39,819 bases of DNA. It comes from an uncultured Phycisphaerae bacterium. GTDB taxonomy: Bacteria > Planctomycetota > Phycisphaerae > Sedimentisphaerales > Anaerobacaceae. The translations under genes and the position numbers were made by a program. Below, one piece after another: positions 24,639 to 32,755 of this stretch. The DNA is taken from contig CBFDDG010000001.1 of assembly GCA_965603505.1 (NCBI GenBank), positions 1 to 39,819 of the forward strand, given 5' to 3'. The number at the start of each line of letters is the position of its first letter. Position 1 is the stretch's first letter. Under the pieces are notes generated by a model. The model searched no databases and was not told where the DNA came from. It saw nothing but the letters and a program-made list of their open reading frames with translations.

Positions 24639-26969
24639 TTAGGGGACAGAACTCGCCAAATGCAGTTCCAAAAACCTGTCCCAAAGCACGAAGCAATAGT
24701 AGCTGCTTTCTCGAAACTGCTCCATCACGCTCCCGGCATCGCGTACGGCCTCAGTCCGTTCGTGCAGAATGTCCTGGACTTCCGTTTGCACGGTGCCCCC
24801 CGTGAAGGAGTGACGAATAAGAAGACCAAGAAGATCTGTAATAACATCCATCTCGACCACGATCTCCTGCAGAATCGTGACAGAAGCACTCCTGCGGATC
24901 TCTCCCTGTCGCACGGCTGCGCTGGCCTCGATATCGTTCGGGCTCTTCTTCAGGATTCGTGCCCTCAACCTCTCCCGCACATCATTTTGCAAGGACAAGA
25001 GCAGGTCCCCTGTGACCGTGCCTGGCTCCGTCAACTCGATCTTTGGCGAACCCCGGAGTCTTTCTAAGAAAGCCTCCAAATCGTTCACCTCATCCTGGGC
25101 AAGCACCGCCCCCATCTGTTTCGCAAAGTACCCCACCACGGCCAGGAGCTTGACGAAGTCCGGATCGGGTTGCCACGAGGGGGTGGGGGTGGGGGTAATC
25201 CTCTGGGGCGAGCGAGAACGTGATCGTCTTGTTCGCCCCGGCGATCCGCCCCAACTCGGAACATGGTCTTCCCACCACTCGGCGCACTCTTTGCGTTCCC
25301 AGCCATCACTCGTCGGCGTCAGCCTCCCTCGGTCCTCCACGCGGCCCATCCGCTTACTGATGAGAGCCTGTACGATCAAGTAGGCCGTGATCGGACCGCT
25401 CTCTTCGATCATCTTGATGAGCTTTTCGGGAATATCAGGATCATGCATTTGGGTGAGCGCGTGGACAAAACGTGCCGCCTGCTTCGTCTGTGTGACCCTT
25501 CCACGCATGCCAGCCGAGATTCTTACTGTACTAAGTCTATTGAGCAATTCCTGCGCCGCCTCCGGGGTATCCAACTCGACGAGCTCGATGATGCTGAAAT
25601 CCGAGGGCTTCTTCGATTCTTCTTCCGGATTCATGCCCTGGACGTTCACCGTCCAATCTCCGAGGTTGACGTTCGCCGTCAACGTGGTCCGCCGTTCCGT
25701 GGGCGTGAGTGTGAGCGCCGACTCAAACTGAGCATCGGATGGAGGAGATTCTGCCAGAAACTGAATGGCCCGGACGCAGCAAAGGGACATCGTAAACGCC
25801 ACATCCGCGAGGATCTCCTCGTGCATGAACGTCCGAGTAAAGCTCGCTTTCAGCTCGGTCGGCCTGACGACTGGGACTGGGACATTGGGCTCGTTCGGCT
25901 CCGGGCTTTTCGCCATCTGTGGCCCGCCAGGCTGAATGTCACCTTGTGGGGCGTCGTTCGGCTCCGGCGCGGCCTCTCTCGGACCGGAAGCCTCGGCCTG
26001 GATACTGGACCGGTCGTCTAGTGGCGGTGTCACCGCCACAGGCGGTCTGGAACGCCCATAAAACAGCCAAACCAGAAGGACAAAGAACCCGATCGCAACA
26101 ACAGGAATCGCCACCATTGCGATCCTCCGCAGTGAGCCAAGTCCTGATACCACAGTGAGATCTTCATCCGAGGCCGGGACATCCGACCAGGATTCATCCG
26201 GTGAGGGCCCGGCCAACAGAGCAGACTCCGGCTCCTCGATGGGCTCTGCCAATTTGTAGGGCCCCGAATCGTCGCCCTCTTGGGGCTCAGATGGCGCGGA
26301 TCCCCCTCTCTTCTCGAGGATGCGGTCAAAGATCTTGCCTGCTTGGGAGGTGGAGATGCCGAGCGTATGAGCCATCCCCATGGTCCACTCTTTGGCGTCT
26401 GCGGTTGCCACATGCCCCCGGATGGCAAGATCCACGAATTTGGCGAAGTACTTGATGACTTCCTCCGAGGGTCTCGATGTGGGCTTGGCCGGTGCAGGAA
26501 TCTTATCCAGGAATTCCTCCACCTCTCTGTCCTTCACTCCGAGCTCACGGAGAGCGGCTGCGAGAAGTGGGCGGTTGGCATCGCTCAAGGTCTTGTCCGG
26601 GTTGAGGTGCTTGTCGACTTCCTCACGAATCCTCTGCACCAGTGTACGACGGGCCTTCTCTTTCTTCTCCTGACGTTTCTGCGCCTCGGCTTTCTGCTCC
26701 AGGTGCTGGTCATACTTCCTCTTCCTGGCGGGATCGCGCAGCACGGCCGCCGCATGATCCAGCTTGTGCCTCTCGAAGCGCAGAATCATGGGGATGAATT
26801 CGGGACTGGGAATGCTCTGTCTCAGCCGAATTCTCTGCTGGTTGCGGTGCTCGTCGACGAGCTCGGGAGTGCAGGACTCTGGATCGATGTCGAGCAACTG
26901 GTAGTAGGTCGGCTTGATCGCGTCGTCCGGAACACCCAACGCCCTATAGAAAAACGTCCACTCAATCAT
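24639..26969 (-). CDS. membrane protein with N-terminal J-like domain lacking HPD, central TM helix, Pro-rich spacer and ~400-aa extracytoplasmic domain
   Basis: 776-aa ORF starting at an ATG. Residues 21-90 read TYYQLLDIDPESCTPELV...RLRQSIPSPE...AAAVLRDPARKRKYDQHL, which follows the J-domain helix pattern (YY.LL...  ...VL.DP.KR..YD), but the HPD position reads QSIPS. The TM helix is IAMVAIPVVAIGFFVLLVWLFYG (aa 283-305). Residues 308-370 are Pro-rich (PEPNDAPQ...SPEPNEPNVPVPVV). Confidence 0.65.
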   Translation of the reverse strand: MIEWTFFYRALGVPDDAIKPTYYQLLDIDPESCTPELVDEHRNQQRIRLRQSIPSPEFIPMILRFERHKLDHAAAVLRDPARKRKYDQHLEQKAEAQKRQEKKEKARRTLVQRIREEVDKHLNPDKTLSDANRPLLAAALRELGVKDREVEEFLDKIPAPAKPTSRPSEEVIKYFAKFVDLAIRGHVATADAKEWTMGMAHTLGISTSQAGKIFDRILEKRGGSAPSEPQEGDDSGPYKLAEPIEEPESALLAGPSPDESWSDVPASDEDLTVVSGLGSLRRIAMVAIPVVAIGFFVLLVWLFYGRSRPPVAVTPPLDDRSSIQAEASGPREAAPEPNDAPQGDIQPGGPQMAKSPEPNEPNVPVPVVRPTELKASFTRTFMHEEILADVAFTMSLCCVRAIQFLAESPPSDAQFESALTLTPTERRTTLTANVNLGDWTVNVQGMNPEEESKKPSDFSIIELVELDTPEAAQELLNRLSTVRISAGMRGRVTQTKQAARFVHALTQMHDPDIPEKLIKMIEESGPITAYLIVQALISKRMGRVEDRGRLTPTSDGWERKECAEWWEDHVPSWGGSPGRTRRSRSRSPQRITPTPTPSWQPDPDFVKLLAVVGYFAKQMGAVLAQDEVNDLEAFLERLRGSPKIELTEPGTVTGDLLLSLQNDVRERLRARILKKSPNDIEASAAVRQGEIRRSASVTILQEIVVEMDVITDLLGLLIRHSFTGGTVQTEVQDILHERTEAVRDAGSVMEQFRESSYYCFVLWDRFLELHLASSVP

Positions 26970-26984
26970 GCTTTTGTCCTGGAA

Positions 26985-29432
26985 TCATGAGCCCCCACTC
27001 GGATTCGCTTTCGAGCATTCGTTCTCAAGGGCCTCGAACTTCGAGGTCCACTGCCCAAGGTCCATCCCTTCAGACTCTAATCGAAAATAGGCCATGCGCT
27101 TGCCCGCCTCTTCGCTCTGTCCCATCCGAAGCTGGCACAGAATGCAATGGTAGCTGGCCTCCAGCCATCCCGGCGTCCTCGTCCCCATTCGCGCATACAA
27201 GGTCTGCCACCAGAGCAGAGCCATGTCATACTTGCCACTGTGCTCGTGGGCCATGGCCAGGCCGCGTATGGCCGTCCCGGCGTGTTCGGGCGAATTGTCT
27301 ATGACGTGAGTATAGGACTTAGCCGCCTCTTCATAACGTCCGAGTCGCACCAACGTGTCCGCCAGGTGAAGACGAAGGACGGCATTTCGCTTGCTCTGAC
27401 CGGCCTGACCCAACAACGACTCGAATACCCTGGCTATCTGCCGGTTGATGCGCTCGGCCTCTGCGTTCTCGCCCCGCCCCGCCAAGTCGGTGGCCTGTTC
27501 TTCGAGCTCGCCGACAATCCTGAGACATGCCTCGGCTACGTGTTTCGCGGCCATTTGCTCCGGCGAGAGCGAGGCAATCAGCGTCACGACAGTATCCACG
27601 TCCCCTGCCCGGATCTTGGCCTCAAGGCGCAGAGCCAGCAACTGGCCCTCGCCATCTGTGATCTGCGGAATTCCTCGGATCGCATCAAGAAGCCGTATGG
27701 CGAGATTTGGGTGCGGCGGGTCGAGCTTCAGCAACTGCGCCGCCACGGCGGCCGTGAGACTCGTGATGTTCGTGGTTGATGGGGCCCCCTCCTCGGACAG
27801 ACTGGCTGCAGCGCCATCAGCAAAGCGTATCAAGGCGGCGGCACTTTCCGCCAGCCATTCCCTCTTGCGGCCGCTCCCGGACGCTCGTATATTCATGGCC
27901 TGCTTGCAGAGAACGCCGGCTAAGTAGTATTGGGCCACACAATAAGTTGGAGAATCCGAAGAGATGGTGCGCAGGATCTTCTCCGCATCACGGAGCCGTC
28001 CCTTTCCGATCAATACTTCCGCTGCGCGGCGTCGCGCCTCCGGCACATCGGCAACGGCAGGGAACTGCTTCTCTGCAAAACCCAGATTCTCAAGCAGTTG
28101 CGATACCGTGATCGGCGGATCGGAACCGAGAGCATTGAGCCCGCAGCGAACCGCCCTGCTGCATACCTCCTCAGCGCGTGGGTCCCCGGCGTACTGCTTG
28201 AGAAACTCGATGGCTGCCACGTGTGCATCTCGCCAGCGGTTCAGGTTCCAGAGCGCGGCGAACCTGACGTATTGAAGTTCTGCACGTGTATCCTCTGCGA
28301 TTGCTGCATCGGGTGGGGCTTTCAACCCGGCTTCCGCTTCAGCGACCGCTGCCTCATAGTCCTTGGCCGCAAAGGATTCCCTCGCTTTGTGCAGGTGCCC
28401 TACACCGGTGCTCAGCTTGGAGCCGCCCAACGCTCTGGCAAGTCTGCTGCGCCACGGCTCGCCGGCGGCACGCACGAGTTCGCACGCCCTCGTGAAAGAA
28501 GCGGGTGTGGACTCCCGACCCTGTCCCTGGTCAAGACTCGCCGTGATGTCCGCCACGCTGACGGCCCACGCAATCGCCATATCGAGTTCCGCGTCGTCAA
28601 GCGACTCCTTCTCGCCGAGGTTGCCGAAGTACTCAGAAGCGAAGCGATCCGCACCAAACGGGTCCGACGCTGCCAGACTCGCACGGATGCGGAGCCGTGT
28701 GATCTGCTTGTACAGGTGTGCCGGTATGCCCTGCCTCTTGACCCTATCTGAATCCAGCTTCGAAATCAGCCGGTTGAAGTCATCGTACGCACCCATGCGG
28801 TACAAACAGAGCCCATGTCCATAGAATGCCTCCGCGACCGTAGGATGAGCACGATAGCCCTGCGATGTCAGATCGTGGAATTTCTCGGCCGCGCCCTTCA
28901 GGAATTCGCGTCTGTCGGATGAGCTGTCCGTGGCAATGGCCAGGTAGTATTGAGTCCACGCCATCTCATAACGGACCCTGCCCATGTTGATGTTGAGCGT
29001 TCGGTACTCCGGGTTATTCTTACGTTGCCGATTGTTGAGATTCTCCGCCATCCTCTGAGCCTGCGCATCCCACCGGCTGTACAGTCCGTCATAGCGGCTC
29101 AGGAGTCCCTGGAGTATTCTGTACGCATCATGCCGCCAGGCGGTCTGCTGTCTGTCTTTCTGCCAGAATTTCAGGCAGATCGCCGCCCGCTCCCGGTCGA
29201 TTCGTCCCCCCAGGAAGTGACGTTCATTCTCATCCATGGTCTGCTGTCTCTGCAGAAGACGCTGGGCCCGATCGATTCTCTCATCCGCGTCGGCCTTCTT
29301 CAGCGCCATCTGCGCCTCAGACAGGAGGTTCTCGATCTCCTCCTGTATGGTCGCTCCAAAAGCCCCTTGGCCCACAGCGAGCGCCAGCAGCACGCAGATA
29401 GACAGGTTCAGCGACCGGACAGCAGACTTCAT
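26985..29432 (-). CDS. large secreted tetratricopeptide-repeat (TPR) protein
   Basis: The track ORF is 26985..29486. The ATG at 29432 gives a classic signal peptide (MKSAVRSLNLSICVLLALAVGQGAFG) and overlaps the upstream exbD stop as ATGA (29429-29432). The whole protein is helical-repeat rich, with A/L/Y/W spacing typical of TPR (for example YHCILCQLRMGQSEEA and GRYEEAAKSYTHVI). Confidence 0.8.
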   Translation of the reverse strand: MKSAVRSLNLSICVLLALAVGQGAFGATIQEEIENLLSEAQMALKKADADERIDRAQRLLQRQQTMDENERHFLGGRIDRERAAICLKFWQKDRQQTAWRHDAYRILQGLLSRYDGLYSRWDAQAQRMAENLNNRQRKNNPEYRTLNINMGRVRYEMAWTQYYLAIATDSSSDRREFLKGAAEKFHDLTSQGYRAHPTVAEAFYGHGLCLYRMGAYDDFNRLISKLDSDRVKRQGIPAHLYKQITRLRIRASLAASDPFGADRFASEYFGNLGEKESLDDAELDMAIAWAVSVADITASLDQGQGRESTPASFTRACELVRAAGEPWRSRLARALGGSKLSTGVGHLHKARESFAAKDYEAAVAEAEAGLKAPPDAAIAEDTRAELQYVRFAALWNLNRWRDAHVAAIEFLKQYAGDPRAEEVCSRAVRCGLNALGSDPPITVSQLLENLGFAEKQFPAVADVPEARRRAAEVLIGKGRLRDAEKILRTISSDSPTYCVAQYYLAGVLCKQAMNIRASGSGRKREWLAESAAALIRFADGAAASLSEEGAPSTTNITSLTAAVAAQLLKLDPPHPNLAIRLLDAIRGIPQITDGEGQLLALRLEAKIRAGDVDTVVTLIASLSPEQMAAKHVAEACLRIVGELEEQATDLAGRGENAEAERINRQIARVFESLLGQAGQSKRNAVLRLHLADTLVRLGRYEEAAKSYTHVIDNSPEHAGTAIRGLAMAHEHSGKYDMALLWWQTLYARMGTRTPGWLEASYHCILCQLRMGQSEEAGKRMAYFRLESEGMDLGQWTSKFEALENECSKANPSGGS

Positions 29433-29860
29433 GGTTTGACCTCTCTCGGCGAAAAGGCGACACGCCGCATCCCGGCGCGATGACATACGTCCAGCGCCGC
29501 GACCATGTAACGGAAGGGAACCCCGGCCTGCCCTTCAATAACCACCGGCCGGTCCTCCAACGCCGCCCTTCTCTGCAATTCCGCCTCGAGCGACGGGAAG
29601 TCCGCGATCCGTTTCTCATCGCACGTGATCAGCACACCGGCCGTGACGCCAAGAAGCCTGATTCGCACCGGTCGTTCCGGTACTGCCCCTTGTCCGGTGC
29701 CCGTCCCCAAACGCGACAGTTGACTCGATATGTCATTTTCCGGTTGATTGAGAGACGACGTGCACATGAAGAAGATGAGCAGGAGGAACACCACATCCAC
29801 CATGGATGCCATGTTCAATTGCGGAACCGCCAGAACGCTTTTCTGTCTTGTCAGTCGCAT
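29429..29860 (-). CDS. exbD: biopolymer transport protein ExbD/TolR family (second copy)
   Basis: 143-aa ORF. The N-terminal NMASMVDVVFLLLIFFM is the single TM helix carrying the conserved Asp. The periplasmic domain ...VRIRLLG...VLITCDEK...VVIEGQAGVPFRYMVAALDVC fits the family. Confidence 0.85.
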   Translation of the reverse strand: MRLTRQKSVLAVPQLNMASMVDVVFLLLIFFMCTSSLNQPENDISSQLSRLGTGTGQGAVPERPVRIRLLGVTAGVLITCDEKRIADFPSLEAELQRRAALEDRPVVIEGQAGVPFRYMVAALDVCHRAGMRRVAFSPREVKP

Positions 29861-29872
29861 AACGCCCGGTCC

Positions 29873-30310
29873 TCAGAGATCAGATGGCTTCTGCCCCGGC
29901 TCAATCACCGCCACATCAACCTGACCAATGCCACAGTCCGTACAGACGTTCATCAGCTCGCGGATCTTCTCCCACGATGCCTCCCGATCCCCGCGGATCA
30001 ATATGGATATAGGTCCTGAGTCCTCACGACCGGTCTCATCCACGAGAAGCTGGCGAATCGAAGTGAGCGAGTGTGTCTGCCCGGCGATTGCGACCCGACC
30101 GTCCCTGTGAACATTCACAATCAGGCGGCCGCCCGCCAACGGATCGGCCTTCTTGCCTTCCTGGGCCTCCGGCAGCTCCAACGGTTCGACCTGGATCCGC
30201 GCAATGTGGGATACGGTCAAAAAGAAGATAATCAGCAGGAATACGACATCGATCAAAGGCGCGATGTTGATCTCACATCCATACTCGCGTTTGGCCTTGT
30301 GTAACTGCAC
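29873..30310 (-). CDS. exbD: biopolymer transport protein ExbD/TolR family (first copy)
   Basis: 145-aa ORF starting at a GTG. INIAPLIDVVFLLIIFFL is the TM helix with the conserved Asp. LIVNVHRDGRVAIAGQ...ILIRGDREASWEKIRELMNVC fits the family. Confidence 0.85.
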   Translation of the reverse strand: MQLHKAKREYGCEINIAPLIDVVFLLIIFFLTVSHIARIQVEPLELPEAQEGKKADPLAGGRLIVNVHRDGRVAIAGQTHSLTSIRQLLVDETGREDSGPISILIRGDREASWEKIRELMNVCTDCGIGQVDVAVIEPGQKPSDL

Positions 30311-30336
30311 GATGTTCCTTTCGTTGGCGCGCCCGC

Positions 30337-31101
30337 CTACACGGCCTTGCGGAATCGACCCATCAATTTCTCCACGACCGTCTCCGCCTCGGCCACCAGG
30401 CTATCAATCCGCCGACGGAAGAAGGCCACAAAGAACATCGTCGGGATCGCGACAATCAGCCCCAGGCACGTGGTCACCAGGGCTTCCGAGATCCCTCCGG
30501 CCAATTGCGACGGTCTGGCCGCTCCTTCAGTCTGTGCAATCTCGTTGAATGACCTGATCATCCCGGTGACGGTCCCCAGCAGCCCAAGCATCGGCGAAGT
30601 CGACGCAATGAACGCAAGGTACTCCAGCTTGCGGTGCAGCTTGGAGATCTCGCGCTCACTGACCTCCTGCATCGCATTCTGCATATCGTAGAAGCCGAAC
30701 ATGGCGCCGACCTGGCCCAACCCGGCCCCGACGACCGCGGCAAGGAAGGAGTCATTCTCCGCACAGGCCTGCCGGGCTTCCACGTACTTCTTGCCCTCGA
30801 TATGCTGACCGAGCTCGTGCGCCAGATCGCCCGGAACGATCCGGTTCCGGCGAACAAGCAGAAAGTTCTGCACGATCAGTGCGACCGCCACGAGAGACAC
30901 CAGGATGATCAGGTAGCCGATGATTCCACCTTTGGCAATGGTGCTCCAGAGAGAGATCGACTGTGGCTCGGCGGTCACAGCGGGCTCCAGCTCCGACGGC
31001 TGCGCAATGGCGCCGCACGTCCAGAGTCCCCAGAACACAAGCAGTACGATCAGGATTGCCAGCCACCTGCCAACCACACGCACGTTCGATCTGTCAAGCA
31101 T
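30337..31101 (-). CDS. exbB: MotA/TolQ/ExbB proton-channel family protein
   Basis: 254-aa ORF with an N-terminal signal-like segment. The core is ...LAFIASTSPMLGLLGTVTGMIRSF...GGISEALVTTCLGLIVAIPTMFFVAFF, the conserved TM2/TM3 of ExbB/TolQ. Confidence 0.88.
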   Translation of the reverse strand: MLDRSNVRVVGRWLAILIVLLVFWGLWTCGAIAQPSELEPAVTAEPQSISLWSTIAKGGIIGYLIILVSLVAVALIVQNFLLVRRNRIVPGDLAHELGQHIEGKKYVEARQACAENDSFLAAVVGAGLGQVGAMFGFYDMQNAMQEVSEREISKLHRKLEYLAFIASTSPMLGLLGTVTGMIRSFNEIAQTEGAARPSQLAGGISEALVTTCLGLIVAIPTMFFVAFFRRRIDSLVAEAETVVEKLMGRFRKAV

Positions 31102-31163
31102 TGTCCCGACTCCACACTGAAACTGTTTGGCGTCCGATCCGTGCCGGAGGCTGCTACGCAGTG

Positions 31164-32387
31164 CTACGGCCTGGATAACTGGGTACAGAATCTATAGCTT
31201 CCATCGTTCTCTCTGGCGATCCTCTTGAGTACGAACTCGCCTCGGTTGTCGTGAAAAGCGATCGTATTGACAGCGGTTTGGAGCACGTCCCTGGCCTTGG
31301 GATTCGCCTGGCGTATCGCCCCACACACTTCGTCGTCGGAGATAAAGGTACGCGGGCTTGCGGTGAATACGCCGTCGGTAAGCAGGTAAATCACGTCGGG
31401 CCTAAGCGAAAGGGCTTTTCGCAGCGCCGGGATGGGATTGGTCCATCCCGTCGGTTGAATTCTGTCTTGAGCCCACGCCAAGAAACGGTCCTTGTTGCCC
31501 GGCGTTGCCGTCACCGACCCGCTGGCTTCCATAGGGGTTGCGTCTGTACTGTAGAAAATGATGTAGAATTTCTGGTTCGGCGTCAGCCGACGAACTGACT
31601 CCTGCAACTCCCACTTGGCATCGTCTAATCGACCGTCCTGACTCATGCTCTCTGAACGGTCGATCACGTACACAACCGCCTCGCCTGTATCCGAGATGCC
31701 GCCGAACAACAATCCGTCCCCTGACCCGGCGCTACCGCCAGGCAGAAACACATCCATGCCCGAGCCAATTGCACCGCCCCCGCCGGAAGGCACGTCAATG
31801 ATTATGGGCTCGGAGCCTCCAGACGGCTCCCCACCACCCAAATCGGCGATTGGATCGTACGAAGCGAGTTCCGCTGAGTCGGGGAGCGAGGGTTCATAGG
31901 AGGGCAGATCCGGGGCCTCGAGGCTCGTGTCGCTGAATTCGATCGTGTCCACGTCTTCCAGCAGTAATCCGGCTTCCCGGGCGTGACTGCCCGAACCCAA
32001 CCCGGGCCACCATGTGATCCCCGTGAAACCAATCAGAAGCACGGCATGGATCAGGACGGATGAGCCCCATCCTACCATGGAAGAGACCCAGTCCATCCGC
32101 TTGGGCTCCCCCGTCGGCATCTCCGCGGCATCCACCAACACCAGAGGATTACGACAGTTCGGACAAGAGACGGTCTTGCCGGAATGTTGAGCTTTGAATC
32201 GGATCTTCCGTCCGCATCCGGGGCAAAGGCAAATGGCGCGGGCTTCCCCATCCCCGTTGGGTGTCACATGGGGACCGCGACCGGATTTCATGTCCTGGGC
32301 ACACACGATCCGCGCTCTCTTTCTCCCCCCGAGAACCGGAACAACAACTCCTGTGGCGGCCGGATGTGCTACTTCCGACCACGTCAA
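31164..32387 (-). CDS. zinc-ribbon / TonB-like SxxxH signal-anchor / von Willebrand factor A (VWA) domain protein
   Basis: 407-aa ORF. The 32387 start is a TTG, and an ATG alternative at 32291 gives MKSGRG... A CxxC...CxxC ribbon (CPGCGRKIRF...CPNCRNP) spans 32154-32231. The TM helix at 32007-32090 contains SVLIH. A Gly/Asp/Pro-rich linker follows. The VWA domain has a DxSxS MIDAS motif (VVYVIDRSESMS) and later LLTDG. Confidence 0.75.
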   Translation of the reverse strand: MTWSEVAHPAATGVVVPVLGGRKRARIVCAQDMKSGRGPHVTPNGDGEARAICLCPGCGRKIRFKAQHSGKTVSCPNCRNPLVLVDAAEMPTGEPKRMDWVSSMVGWGSSVLIHAVLLIGFTGITWWPGLGSGSHAREAGLLLEDVDTIEFSDTSLEAPDLPSYEPSLPDSAELASYDPIADLGGGEPSGGSEPIIIDVPSGGGGAIGSGMDVFLPGGSAGSGDGLLFGGISDTGEAVVYVIDRSESMSQDGRLDDAKWELQESVRRLTPNQKFYIIFYSTDATPMEASGSVTATPGNKDRFLAWAQDRIQPTGWTNPIPALRKALSLRPDVIYLLTDGVFTASPRTFISDDEVCGAIRQANPKARDVLQTAVNTIAFHDNRGEFVLKRIARENDGSYRFCTQLSRP

Positions 32388-32586
32388 AGTATTCGACCGA
32401 TTTGCCTCACACCGGTTCCCCAGAAACCGCCATGCAGGGACATGTCAACGTTTGCCGCGCGCAAGCCCCTTCCACAGCGACTCCCGAGGGTGCAGAATTG
32501 GCAGTGTCTCTTGTGATCCAAGAAGAGCTGCCACAAACCTTCTGAACGCCCGTTGCAGGACCCGAAACCGTTTCTGCCACAGATTT

Positions 32587-32615
32587 AGGATACTAACGCC
32601 AACTCCCGGTGTCAA
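32587..32615 (-). promoter_or_regulatory. candidate sigma70-like promoter (TTGACA-17-TATCCT) heading the VWA-exbB-exbD operon
   Basis: On the minus strand, TTGACA is at 32615-32610, followed by a 17-nt spacer and TATCCT at 32592-32587. The -35 hexamer is one arm of the palindrome TGTCAA-ggcca-TTGACA (32610-32626). Confidence 0.35.
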
Positions 32616-32755
32616 GGCCATTGACATCATTCTCACACAGTGCCCGATATTGAATGAATGGCACCGTGACGTGAGGGCACGCGAACGTGAAAAGCGACCT
32701 GCAGGTTGCATGCCCGAAACTCCCGATAAGGGCGGGTTTCCGGCTCGGCTGCAGT

